The position numbers and the translations under genes were made by a program. A DNA stretch of 64,000 nt. Source: a virus. Under the pieces are notes generated by a model. That model was given only the letters and a program-made list of their open reading frames with translations. It searched no databases and had not been told where the DNA came from. Shown here piece after piece: positions 54,097-63,768 of this stretch (its first letter is position 1; each line of letters opens with the position of its first letter). The stretch lies in the IMG/VR virus record IMGVR_UViG_3300029368_000161; one strand, written 5' to 3'.

Positions 54097-55020
54097 ATGG
54101 ACAATCAGATTAACATTAAATATATGTTCACTGTGATCGGTGGAGGCTGGGAGCGTGTATCGAGGGCGTATTTTATTGCTGATGATAGGGTTTATTTTTT
54201 AAATAAGTTTTCACCAGATGATTTAAAAATGTTGGAGAATCATTTTGATGATATCACAGCTACACTTGCTTCCGTGAATTTTGATACAACCGGGCTGGAT
54301 TTTGTGAATCATGGCACGAATGTAGGGTTTGATATGCCGACAATTACCATGTACCGGTATGAGGATGGGAAATACAAAAAATTGTGGTCAGAAGGGGATT
54401 ATCGAAATTCAGAAGCTGTCGATACAATCCAGAGCATTTTTCAGGATTCCGGCTACCTGGCAAAAGGGGGAAACCCGGTCTGCAAATACCGCTACTTCAT
54501 GAGTGGGATGTTTTACCCGACTGACGGAAACGAATACGAGATCAATATTCCATCTCCAGTGATACATGACTCTGAAGAAGAAGCTATGGCTGATGGAAAC
54601 TTTGGTTACCGCTTTATACAGATAGATAGATCGGTTGGACCGGTAATCGTTATATTTGAAAATGAAAATTTCAAAGTCACAACTGATGAAAAAGGTCAGT
54701 CCTGTTTAGAACAATGGGTTGAAGGGAAAATCGTCGGTACTTATACGTTTGAACAATTCAAAAAATCGGGCGGATACATTCGAATGCTTAAACCGGAATG
54801 CAAAGGGAGAGGTTTCATTGATGGAAATACCGATTTTGTTCCAACGGAGAAAACGTTTGCGGACATATTCCCGGATATTCAGCCGCAAAAGCTTTATTAC
54901 ATTGATAACGAAGCATATTGGATTGGTGAATTAAAGAGAAATAAGGAAGAAACTCCGGATGGAAAGCCGAAGCTGTATACCGGGGATATTAACGAGCTGA
55001 TCAAGAAGTTCCAAAAGTAA
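54097..55020 (+). CDS. hypothetical protein (about 307 aa)
   Basis: AAGGAGGAAAATC-ATG start. Confidence 0.5.
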   Translation: MDNQINIKYMFTVIGGGWERVSRAYFIADDRVYFLNKFSPDDLKMLENHFDDITATLASVNFDTTGLDFVNHGTNVGFDMPTITMYRYEDGKYKKLWSEGDYRNSEAVDTIQSIFQDSGYLAKGGNPVCKYRYFMSGMFYPTDGNEYEINIPSPVIHDSEEEAMADGNFGYRFIQIDRSVGPVIVIFENENFKVTTDEKGQSCLEQWVEGKIVGTYTFEQFKKSGGYIRMLKPECKGRGFIDGNTDFVPTEKTFADIFPDIQPQKLYYIDNEAYWIGELKRNKEETPDGKPKLYTGDINELIKKFQK

Positions 55021-55091
55021 TCAGATCCGCAAAGTTGCCTCATGCCGGGGCAGTTTCTTATCGTCAAATACGGATACACAGAGGTTTAAAT

Positions 55092-55832
55092 ATGTTGGAA
55101 AAATACAGTTATGAATTGTGGAATGGAAATTGTCTGGAATTAATGAAATCTATTCCTGATAAATCAATAGATATGATTTTATGTGATCTGCCATATGGGA
55201 CAACTAAGTGCAAATGGGATATCGTAATACCATTTAAACCAATGTGGGATCAATATAGTCGTATTGCAAAAGATAATGCTGCAATCGTATTGTTTGGACA
55301 GGAGCCATTTTCTTCTTTATTAAGGGTAAGCAATATCAGCGATTACAAGTATGATATTTACTGGGAAAAAGAGCGGTTAACAAATATTAATCAGGTTAAA
55401 CGGAGAGTTGGGAAAACTGTAGAGACAATATCTGTATTTTATAAAAAACAATGTACATATAATCCTCAAATGGTTAAGCATGAAGGGAAACTAAGGAAAA
55501 ACAGGGTAAAAAATGGTAAACTCGGAAAACTTACAGATGAAAATGAAAAAAAAGTAATTGAGTATAATGATACTGGGTGGCGTTACCCTACGCAAGTTTG
55601 GAAATTCCAAAGAGATTGTCTGACTTCAAATTTGCATCCAACCCAAAAACCATTGCTTTTATGTGAGACACTTGTCAAAACATTTTCCAATGAAGGCGAT
55701 ATTGTCCTGGATAATTGTATGGGGTCTGGAACAGTTGGTGTAGCATGCAAACTTCTAAACCGTAAATTTATTGGTATAGAACTTGAAGAGAACTATTTCA
55801 AAATTGCAAAGGAAAGGATTAGCCAAAATTGA
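55092..55832 (+). CDS. beta-class DNA methyltransferase (N6-adenine or N4-cytosine)
   Basis: Motif IV DLPYG precedes motif I (FxGxG) DNCMGSGT. HPTQKP motif present. About 246 aa. Confidence 0.75.
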   Translation: MLEKYSYELWNGNCLELMKSIPDKSIDMILCDLPYGTTKCKWDIVIPFKPMWDQYSRIAKDNAAIVLFGQEPFSSLLRVSNISDYKYDIYWEKERLTNINQVKRRVGKTVETISVFYKKQCTYNPQMVKHEGKLRKNRVKNGKLGKLTDENEKKVIEYNDTGWRYPTQVWKFQRDCLTSNLHPTQKPLLLCETLVKTFSNEGDIVLDNCMGSGTVGVACKLLNRKFIGIELEENYFKIAKERISQN

Positions 55833-57649
55833 GAAAAGGACAGATTAAATTACTGGAAAAAGCAGAAAAAGAAGGATTTACAGAAGAACAGCTGGCTGTA
55901 TTACGTGGTAATCAGATGTTATACACTTTAGATTATTATTACTTTTTGCTGAAGCGTGGTGTTTCTGCTTCTGTAATTAATGCAATCATCAAAGCTGGTG
56001 AAGGATGGGGAATGCATTCGTTTGGATTCCAGTTGATGGAATGTGGTTATTCATTGGAGGATATCCTTACATATATTGAGAAAAGCAAAAAGCTGTTACT
56101 TAATCATAATTATTTTTACGAAGAGATCATGACAGGGAAAAGTAAAAATGAAACTGATGTGTCTTTGCGTAAAAGCTATGCAGAAACACTTATACAGATT
56201 CCCGAATTATTGAGTTGCCATGATCAATATATTACAAGGGCTGTCGAATTTGCAATCAATTCACGAATTTCAGTGAAAGATTTTATTGAGGAATTTTTCC
56301 CAAAGGAAGAGGATAGCTGGAAGGTCTTTAGAAACGGAAATTATAAAGATAGCCAGTATACCGCTTTACTTTCGTTTTGGCGTAACCATATTCCACATTT
56401 ATCAGACTTGTTATTGCCCAATGACAACAGTTTGTTTTACGAGCAGAAAGAAGTAGCTTTGGAAGATCAGATGAAACTTTTTATGGAAGCATGGAAAGCC
56501 CTTAACCATGTAACAGGGAAAGAACATTTCATTAAAATAAAAGACTGCCCCATGTACTACAGGAGTATTGACATTAATAAGTCAGCAGTTAATATTGATC
56601 TGGCTTCGTCTTCTTATACAAATATTAACAATGGCGAATTCCATTTTGATGCACCGGAAGTATCTATGAAACTGGTCATTTTTCATTCCGGTGGATATTA
56701 CTATAAGGGTTTCAAAGACCGGCTGTTTCCGCTTTCCTTAAAGAAATTAAGTTCCATATGGAATGATTATGGAAATCTTGGAAAACAGGTGGTTGCATTC
56801 ATCCTTGGACATGCAATGGAAAAATTAAATGCCCCGGTCATGAAGGATATCCTGCGAACATTTGAAAAAGATAATTTTATGCTGCTTCCAATCAGACTTA
56901 TCGACTGCCGAGATTCGTATAATTACAATCATCTGCTTCAGAAGAGGTGGGTTGCTGCGGATAAGATCAACTGGAGCAGGACAGACGTCAACCTTGCTTA
57001 CCTCGTAATTAAAAGTCTTCCGTACCTGGGACGTGAAATCGATAAAAAACGATTATTACAGACAAAAGATGCATCCCTGCTTGATGTGGTGGATTCTTCC
57101 TTCTGGAAGAGGAGATGGAACAACAAATGTATTTCCACTTTCCTCGGATGCTTTATTGCAGACGGTATCAGTGATGTGCCTGAAGACGGCGGTCTGAATA
57201 AGGTCAGAACCACAGCGGATGATTACATAAAAATGGCACACGAGATGCACCAAAAGGTTAAGCTTGGGTTCCGTAGCTGGAAGAAACTTAAGGATGCGCA
57301 TGACAAAATATCAAAGAAATACAAAAATCGACTTCACCGGGTGCATGTTCCAAAGAACAGCAAGTTCAACCATCTGAGGGAACTGCTCCCGGAATCCTAT
57401 GAATGGATCCGTACAGGCAGCCGTCTCCGCATGGAAGGTATTGAGATGGGACACTGTGTGAATTCTTACTGGCAATACATAAACCAGGATACCTGTGCCA
57501 TATATTCCTTTACAGCAGGAGAAAAACGCTACACTGCAGAATTCCGTGTTGGCAGTAACGGGAAATATACGGTCCGGCAGATCCAGTCAAAGTATGACAG
57601 GGGATGTCCGGCTTCTGTCCGGAAACAGGTGGGTAAGTTGATTTCCTAA
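55829..57649 (+). CDS. large hypothetical protein downstream of the MTase (possible cognate restriction/defence component; TTG start uncertain)
   Basis: 606 aa. Overlaps the MTase stop (aTTGa). No nuclease motif recognised with confidence. Confidence 0.4.
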   Translation: MRKGQIKLLEKAEKEGFTEEQLAVLRGNQMLYTLDYYYFLLKRGVSASVINAIIKAGEGWGMHSFGFQLMECGYSLEDILTYIEKSKKLLLNHNYFYEEIMTGKSKNETDVSLRKSYAETLIQIPELLSCHDQYITRAVEFAINSRISVKDFIEEFFPKEEDSWKVFRNGNYKDSQYTALLSFWRNHIPHLSDLLLPNDNSLFYEQKEVALEDQMKLFMEAWKALNHVTGKEHFIKIKDCPMYYRSIDINKSAVNIDLASSSYTNINNGEFHFDAPEVSMKLVIFHSGGYYYKGFKDRLFPLSLKKLSSIWNDYGNLGKQVVAFILGHAMEKLNAPVMKDILRTFEKDNFMLLPIRLIDCRDSYNYNHLLQKRWVAADKINWSRTDVNLAYLVIKSLPYLGREIDKKRLLQTKDASLLDVVDSSFWKRRWNNKCISTFLGCFIADGISDVPEDGGLNKVRTTADDYIKMAHEMHQKVKLGFRSWKKLKDAHDKISKKYKNRLHRVHVPKNSKFNHLRELLPESYEWIRTGSRLRMEGIEMGHCVNSYWQYINQDTCAIYSFTAGEKRYTAEFRVGSNGKYTVRQIQSKYDRGCPASVRKQVGKLIS

Positions 57650-57748
57650 TCGGTACCGGAAACAAAACTGCCGTAAGGAAAACATGACATGCGGATTTTT
57701 ATGTCATCCTTTAAATACGGAATAAGATCGGAGATTCGATAATAAATC

Positions 57749-57943
57749 ATGGGTTTTAAATTTGAAGAAAAAAACGTCAGCTTAAAATGCACTGAGTGCG
57801 GTCAGGATTACGAAGATACGCAGATAATTGTGAATGGTGTTCCGAGCTGCAAATTCCACATATGTCCGGAATGTAAAAGAAAAGTAATTGAAAAAGCTTT
57901 TGGAAAGATCAACGAAGTTAATAAGAAAGGTGATAGGAAATGA
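57749..57943 (+). CDS. small zinc-ribbon protein (64 aa)
   Basis: CTECGQDY...CKFHICPECKRK. Confidence 0.45.
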   Translation: MGFKFEEKNVSLKCTECGQDYEDTQIIVNGVPSCKFHICPECKRKVIEKAFGKINEVNKKGDRK

Positions 57944-58275
57944 ATACATGTTTTTTGATTTTTGGAATTATTTTTATAGTTGCTGGAATACTTCTCGAAA
58001 TATACGGATTGGGTAGTCATAATAAGAGGCCTATTGCGGTTTGCGAAGGTATTACGCTTGTATTATTAGGTATTGGTATGTTCATAGAACGGAATGAAAA
58101 ATCGCCTTATGAAATACAGGCAGAACTTGAGTCGGAAGCTATTGAAAACTATGATAACGGTTCAGAAGTTTATATCAATGGCAAGAAAACCGATGACATA
58201 GACATTAACGGTATTAATCTTGATAGATACAATATTAAAATCAAGGAAGGAAAAATTTACCTGATTGATAAATAA
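57940..58275 (+). CDS. membrane protein with C-terminal module DIDINGINLDRYNIKIKEGKIYLIDK (paralog of the 48328 product C-terminus)
   Basis: ATGA overlap with the previous ORF. Two TM segments. Terminator at 58278-58325. Confidence 0.5.
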   Translation: MNTCFLIFGIIFIVAGILLEIYGLGSHNKRPIAVCEGITLVLLGIGMFIERNEKSPYEIQAELESEAIENYDNGSEVYINGKKTDDIDINGINLDRYNIKIKEGKIYLIDK

Positions 58276-58349
58276 GCAGCCAAAACACAGTTCCATATTC
58301 ATGATATAGGACTGTGGTTTTTTTTGTAAGAAAATAAATAAAATTTTAA

Positions 58350-58390
58350 ATTTCCTTTGACGAATTTTGAGATGGATAAATATATATACA
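58350..58390 (+). promoter_or_regulatory. Divergent type-B-like promoter (TTGACG -35, variant spacer)
   Basis: tttcctttgacgaattttgagatggataaatatatatacag. Confidence 0.35.
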
Positions 58391-58478
58391 GAAGATAAAA
58401 ATTGCCATACAGGAGACAGAACGCATAGAATTTTCTGCCATCCTTTAAATATCAGAAAATTAAAGGAGAATAATTTCC

Positions 58479-59924
58479 ATGAAAGAAAAATTTTTCCACC
58501 AGCTTCTTTCCATGTTTAGGGTAACACCGGAATATCCGGAAACGCTTATCCCGTCCGTAGAGGAAACCGCAAGAATTTTAAAAACAAACCCGGAAATATA
58601 TAAGAGATTTGAGAATGCCTACCAGACTTCAGATGCTATAGGTATTCCCGGCTATCCCGTAAATGCAAAACAGGCTGCCAGAGAAAAAGAGGGAGTGGAT
58701 ACATCTGCTCCGGATCTTTCCTCTCTTATGAACAGGATCGTTAGAGAGTTGGAAAACGATACTTTTATCTGGCAGTACACGGATGGAACTGTTTCCCCAT
58801 TTAGTATCAACATTCCGGAAATAACAGAAATACCGGAACCTGTAACGGTGGAAGAGTTAAACATTGTTCCAAGGGAATACCGCCCACAGCTTGCCGGGAA
58901 TATCGTCTGCAGGGGCTGGAATGACCATGCAGGGCGGCAGGCTGCATACTGGTATAATCTTGCAGTTAGTGAAAAATCAGAAAAGAAAAGGGAAGAAGCT
59001 TATTCCATGTTCCGGAAAAGTCTGGATATCCTTAACCCTGATCCTGTTACATACAAAATGATCGGGATGCATGTCAATTCCATGGGTTACTGGCTTCCAA
59101 AGATGGTGAATGCCATAAAGGAAGACGGCTTCTTTAAAATTCCAGACACAACAATCATTAAAATCCCGCTTCCTCTGTTACAGCTCACATTTCTGGAATA
59201 CAGCGACATTAACCGTACAACCCTTGATATCGTTGATGATTACTGCAGGAAGGTTTTTTCGTTGGACGAGACAAAGGAATACTTCATTAAAACCGGAGTT
59301 TTTTCATCCAAATATGATTTCAGAAATGCCCGTGTAAGTGGGTCAAAGGAAGTCCGTGAACTTGGCGAATACCTGCTGTATATCCATGGATTTTCAAGGG
59401 TTGTTGGTGGCCCAACATCCTATGGTGCTGCCACAACTAACGAGTGGGTGGTTCGTGACTTTATTCCGGACACAGAGAATAACCCAACGATCTACCATGG
59501 TCTGCCGCTCCATACGGAATACCGGGTATTTGTGGATTTTAATGCTACAGATCCCTTTGAGCAGGTGCTTGGTATCAGTCCGTATTGGGAACCAAAAACC
59601 ATGAAAAATCATTTCATGCCTCTTGTAGAAGGTCGCAGTGGAATGAATCCGGATGCATACCATGACTACTGCACGTATTCCGTTGCCGAGGAAAAACTGA
59701 TGAAGAGGTACGAAGAAAACAAGGAGAGAGTTCTGGATCATGTTTTGAATATCGTCCGCTGCAATGAACAGATGCACGGACAGTGGTCCATGGATATTAT
59801 GCAGAATGGAAATGATTTCTGGTTTATCGACATGGCAACAGCAAGTGAATCTGCATTAAAAGAATGTATTCCGAAAGGAAAATTAAAAAAGATGAAAGAA
59901 AACTGGATTCCGGAGATCAGATAG
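58479..59924 (+). CDS. hypothetical protein, possible ATP-grasp-like fold (tentative)
   Basis: EYRVFVDFN... and WFIDMATAS resemble ATP-grasp strand motifs. 481 aa. Confidence 0.4.
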   Translation: MKEKFFHQLLSMFRVTPEYPETLIPSVEETARILKTNPEIYKRFENAYQTSDAIGIPGYPVNAKQAAREKEGVDTSAPDLSSLMNRIVRELENDTFIWQYTDGTVSPFSINIPEITEIPEPVTVEELNIVPREYRPQLAGNIVCRGWNDHAGRQAAYWYNLAVSEKSEKKREEAYSMFRKSLDILNPDPVTYKMIGMHVNSMGYWLPKMVNAIKEDGFFKIPDTTIIKIPLPLLQLTFLEYSDINRTTLDIVDDYCRKVFSLDETKEYFIKTGVFSSKYDFRNARVSGSKEVRELGEYLLYIHGFSRVVGGPTSYGAATTNEWVVRDFIPDTENNPTIYHGLPLHTEYRVFVDFNATDPFEQVLGISPYWEPKTMKNHFMPLVEGRSGMNPDAYHDYCTYSVAEEKLMKRYEENKERVLDHVLNIVRCNEQMHGQWSMDIMQNGNDFWFIDMATASESALKECIPKGKLKKMKENWIPEIR

Positions 59925-59933
59925 GGGGAAACT

Positions 59934-60635
59934 ATGAAAATTATTTATTCTAAATATACATTTGAAGAAGTCCACAATACAAGAAGAAAATGGTTATCTG
60001 ATGAACCTGGTACTTCGCATGAAAAAATAAAAATTGTATTACGATCCTTTCCATTTTTAGTTTATTTTTTATTTTGTGAGTATATCCTTCTCAAGTATAC
60101 CCTTCTCATTAACATATTTGATTATTCACAGCCGCTGGCTTATAGAAATGTTATGAGGAAAATAATGAACCTTGATATTTATAAAAACGCAGGGGTTTAT
60201 ACGAAGTTTTCAATCGATATACTATCGTACATATGTTATATGAGCGCTATTGGCATTGCATTATGTCTAATAGCGATACTAATTTGCAAAATATATAAAA
60301 ATATTGTATGCAGAATTATACCAATCAGTACGCCATGTATAGATAGAAATAAGAAAAATCGATACGGGTATGATAAAACAATTGATATTGAAAAATTACT
60401 TGAAAGACAGAAAATGTTAAAAGAATTTATCAGTGATCACAATGCAGTATTTGTTCTAACAGGGAACGTGTTAAAAGTGACAATTTGTGAAGATGGATAT
60501 TGCGAAGAAAAGTCTTTCCAGTTATCAGAGACAGAAGCAGAAAACATTCGGGAAAATGGGACATTTGATTTTTCTTATCTTGATGAAGAATGGGAAAAAA
60601 TAATGTCGTACATACGAGGAGAAGAGAAAATATGA
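59934..60635 (+). CDS. hypothetical membrane protein (233 aa)
   Basis: RBS AGGGGGAAACT-ATG. Hydrophobic segments. Confidence 0.45.
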   Translation: MKIIYSKYTFEEVHNTRRKWLSDEPGTSHEKIKIVLRSFPFLVYFLFCEYILLKYTLLINIFDYSQPLAYRNVMRKIMNLDIYKNAGVYTKFSIDILSYICYMSAIGIALCLIAILICKIYKNIVCRIIPISTPCIDRNKKNRYGYDKTIDIEKLLERQKMLKEFISDHNAVFVLTGNVLKVTICEDGYCEEKSFQLSETEAENIRENGTFDFSYLDEEWEKIMSYIRGEEKI

Positions 60636-61210
60636 ACAGTGAAATATTTAGAGTAGGTCAAACCTACAGTTTCATGGGTTACGATTGGACGGCCTGTGAG
60701 CTGATCAATAAAGGTAAAACCCTTGTGATTCAGTCCCATGGTGTAACCCATGGGGAATGGCCGGGCTTTGTAATGCCACAGTTTGGCAATGGTAATTACT
60801 ATGCTGATTCCATTGATGGACAGGATATCAGTGCCTATGACAACAAGATGCAGGCACTCTACGATGCCATCAAGGATGCTGAGGATTCATCCACTTCCTA
60901 TGGTAAGGGATTGTTTCTTATTAGCAAAGAAAAAGTCGGTTTTACGGAATGGGGTAAATCTGGTTCCGGAAATTACTGGCAGGCTTTGAAAAAAACAGCG
61001 GAAAACGCCTGTTCGTTCGGGTCTCCCGACAACTATGCGTGGCTTGGTACCGTCTACGGTAGCGGCGGCGCGTGGTATGTCAACTCGAATGGCGGCGTCT
61101 CCTACAACGATCAGAGCGACGACTATGTGGTCGCGCCCGCTTTTAATCTCGACTTATCCAAAGTTGAGGTTGTTGAAAATCAAATTGTCAAAATAAGGTT
61201 AGAAAGGTGA
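60632..61210 (+). CDS. paralog family 1 protein (short form)
   Basis: MNSEIFRVGQTYSFMGYDWTACELINKGKTLVIQSHGVTHGEWPGFVMPQFGNGNYY..., about 55% identical to the 17058 and 61216 products. Confidence 0.55.
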   Translation: MNSEIFRVGQTYSFMGYDWTACELINKGKTLVIQSHGVTHGEWPGFVMPQFGNGNYYADSIDGQDISAYDNKMQALYDAIKDAEDSSTSYGKGLFLISKEKVGFTEWGKSGSGNYWQALKKTAENACSFGSPDNYAWLGTVYGSGGAWYVNSNGGVSYNDQSDDYVVAPAFNLDLSKVEVVENQIVKIRLER

Positions 61211-61215
61211 AAAAT

Positions 61216-61833
61216 ATGAATAGTCAAATTACAAAAAATAACAATGTTTTAGAACTCGGAAAACCATACCAATTTGCCGGTTATAAATGGACAGCCTGTG
61301 AACTGATCAATAAAGGTAAAACTCTTGTGATCCAGTCCCATGGTGTAACCCATGGCGCATGGCCGGGATATGTAATGCCGCAGTTCGGCAACGGGAATTT
61401 TTATGCAGCAGATATTGATGGCGAGGATATTAGTGCCTACGATGACAAGATGCAGACACTCTACGATGCCATCAAGGAGGCTGAGGATTCATCCGCTTCC
61501 TATAGTAAGGGATTGTTTCTTATTAGCAAAGAAAAAGCCGGTTTTACGGAATGGCGTGAACCCGGCTCTGGAAATTACTGGCAGGCTTTGAAAGAGGCTG
61601 CGATGAATTATCAGTCGTTCGGGGCTGCCGACGGCATCGCGTCGCTCGGTACTGTCAACGGCAGCAACAACGCGTGGTATGTCTACTCGGATGGCTACGT
61701 CTACAACGACGAAAATCAGGACTACGACTTTGTTGTCGCGCCCGCTTTTAATCTCGATTTATCCAAAATAGAGATTGTTGGGGACGAGATTATCATTATG
61801 CATAAAGAAAATTTTAAAGATGAAGAAAAATAA
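61216..61833 (+). CDS. paralog family 1 protein (short form), tandem duplicate
   Basis: MNSQITKNNNVLELGKPYQFAGYKWTACELINKGKTLVIQSHGVTHGAWPGYVMPQFGNGNFY.... Confidence 0.55.
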   Translation: MNSQITKNNNVLELGKPYQFAGYKWTACELINKGKTLVIQSHGVTHGAWPGYVMPQFGNGNFYAADIDGEDISAYDDKMQTLYDAIKEAEDSSASYSKGLFLISKEKAGFTEWREPGSGNYWQALKEAAMNYQSFGAADGIASLGTVNGSNNAWYVYSDGYVYNDENQDYDFVVAPAFNLDLSKIEIVGDEIIIMHKENFKDEEK

Positions 61834-61978
61834 TATAATGAATTACGTTTTAAATTTATGGCGAAAAATCCACAGGCTTGCCTGTGGGATGAAAGCTACA
61901 TTTTTCACTTACTTGTTTCAACAGTTGGACACATAAGTGAAACTACAGTGATCAAATACATTGAGGAGCAGAAAATAC

Positions 61979-63304
61979 ATGGATGCTGACGAGTACAAAA
62001 AACTTCTGAAAAAATTTCATAAACTTTCTGACAGGCATATCCTGGTCGCTGAGACGGATATGTCTTATCCTGATGTGCAGAAGGTCGTAAATTTCTCCGG
62101 CAGGATCCGGAAAGCTGGCAATGAGCTTGTTGGTGTCATGAAAAAGAATTATGAACAGCTCATGCGTACCAAAAAGTACCGAAAGTTGCTTCAGCTGTAT
62201 GGCTCCACTGAGGACAAGAAGAAACGCAAAACATATGCCGGACAGCTCAATGAGATGCAGGAACAGTACAACGTCACATGGGATTTCTGCCGGGCTTCAA
62301 TGATACCCATTGGAAAGAAATATGGCATTGATGCCATATTTGCCCTCACGAAAGCCGAGGACGTGTGGCGAGGCGTTGAAAAATGCCTTTACGGGAATGG
62401 AAGGATGCTTCATTTCTCCAAATATGGAGACTTTCCATGCATCCGGGCAAAGCAGATCAACCGTGGCATCCCGATGTCCGTAAAAAACGATGAACTGAAG
62501 TTTAAGCTGGGAAAATTAGTTTTCGGGATACAGGTCAAAGACCGGTTCCAGACAGACGAAGTCAATGCCGTCCTGGATTATCTGGCACAGCCGGAAGTCA
62601 TAGACAACAAGGCAGTAAAGACTCTTCAGGATGAAGCGTGCTGTATCAGCACGTACCGGCCTTGCTACGCAACGCTCGTACCGAAATTCATCCGTGGGAA
62701 ATACAGGGTGTACCTGCATCTCGTCATCGAAGGAAAGGCAAAACCGAAGTACGACAGTTCCGGCAATCCGCGGCATAAATACGGCAGGGGCGTCGTTGGT
62801 GCGGACATTGGCACACAGACGGTAGCCTATACTTCCGATACAGAGACAGGACTTAAAAACTTATCAGAAAGAGGCAACAGCATACAGAAATCCGAACGTC
62901 TGGAAAGACTGTATTACCGCGCCATGGACAGGAGCAGACGCGCCACGAATCCGAAGAATTACAATGCCGATGGCACCATTAAGAAAGGAAAAAAGAAGTG
63001 GACTTACTCCAGGCATTACAAAAAACTGAAGGCAAAACATGCGGAACTCTGCTGCATAAATGCCACAAACAGGCAGCTTGCCATAAATGAGGATGTAAAC
63101 CACCTGCGTTGTCTCGGAGATACATTTGTCACGGAACCTAAAAATGCAGCCAGGCTCATGAAACGTTCGAAAGATACAACCGTTAATAACAAAGGCAAAA
63201 TTAACAGGAAGAAACGTTTTGGAAAGTCGGTAAAGAACCGGTGCCGGGCGGTTTCCAGGCTGCCGTGGAAAATAAGTTCAAAACATCCGGCGGTACATAC
63301 ATAG
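61979..63304 (+). pseudogene. TnpB-like (OrfB_IS605 / RuvC-like) gene, disrupted: frameshift and about 590-bp insertion separating the C-terminal RuvC-II/Zn region
   Basis: RuvC-I motif GRGVVGADIGTQTVAY. Basic arm KKGKKKWTYSRHYKKLKAKH. RuvC-II region DTFVTEPKNAARLMK. The intact-frame C-terminus (NRCPGGFQAAVENKFKTSGGTYIEVPNNYRASQYDHTADDY...) occurs only in the second copy of a 190-bp duplication at 63766 onward. The first copy has a 1-nt deletion (gtgccgggcgg versus gtgcccgggcgg). Confidence 0.5.
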
Positions 63305-63365
63305 AAGTGCCCAATAATTACAGGGCAAGCCAGTATGACCACACGGCAGATGATTACATAAATTA
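63176..63365 (+). repeat. 190-bp direct repeat, copy 1 (copy 2 at 63766-63955), about 93% identical
   Basis: caaccgttaataacaaaggcaaaattaacaggaagaaacgttttggaaagtcggtaaagaaccggtgccgggcggtttccaggctgccgtggaaaataagttcaaaacatccggcggtacatacatagaag... recurs at 63766 with SNPs and a 1-nt indel. Confidence 0.7.
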
Positions 63366-63387
63366 GAGTTGTAGAAAGGATATATGA

Positions 63388-63768
63388 ATGATTCTAACAG
63401 AACATGAACAGGTAATTATTAACAATATGAGACACCCATCAATTCGTACAGTAACGGCGAGCAAATCGTATAAAGATTTATCCGATGAAGAGCTTACTTC
63501 ACTAATTGGCAAAATAGATGACTATGTGAATGAAATTGGTGAAACACAGAGAGCTTTCGGTAATTATGATGAATTTTACGTATTAGAATTTGATTCGATT
63601 AAGGCTCGTCTAGTAGATGAATGTCAACGCAGAAAAATTATGCTTAGAATGCAAGGCGATAAATTTGACGTTTATCGAAAAGAATATAATGAAATAGTAA
63701 ATAGCGCAATGAATCATCCTGTTGGATGCAGCCAGACTCATGAAACGGGCGAAAGAGACAACTGTTAA
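63388..63768 (+). CDS. hypothetical protein (126 aa) carried on the insertion inside the TnpB-like gene
   Basis: AGGATAT-ATG start. It sits between the two 190-bp direct repeats. Confidence 0.35.
   Translation: MILTEHEQVIINNMRHPSIRTVTASKSYKDLSDEELTSLIGKIDDYVNEIGETQRAFGNYDEFYVLEFDSIKARLVDECQRRKIMLRMQGDKFDVYRKEYNEIVNSAMNHPVGCSQTHETGERDNC

Noticed and set aside
55829-57649. Calling the 606-aa ORF a restriction endonuclease
   Set aside because: Only its position after the MTase supports it. No PD-(D/E)xK, HNH or GIY-YIG motif was confidently seen, so it is left as hypothetical.
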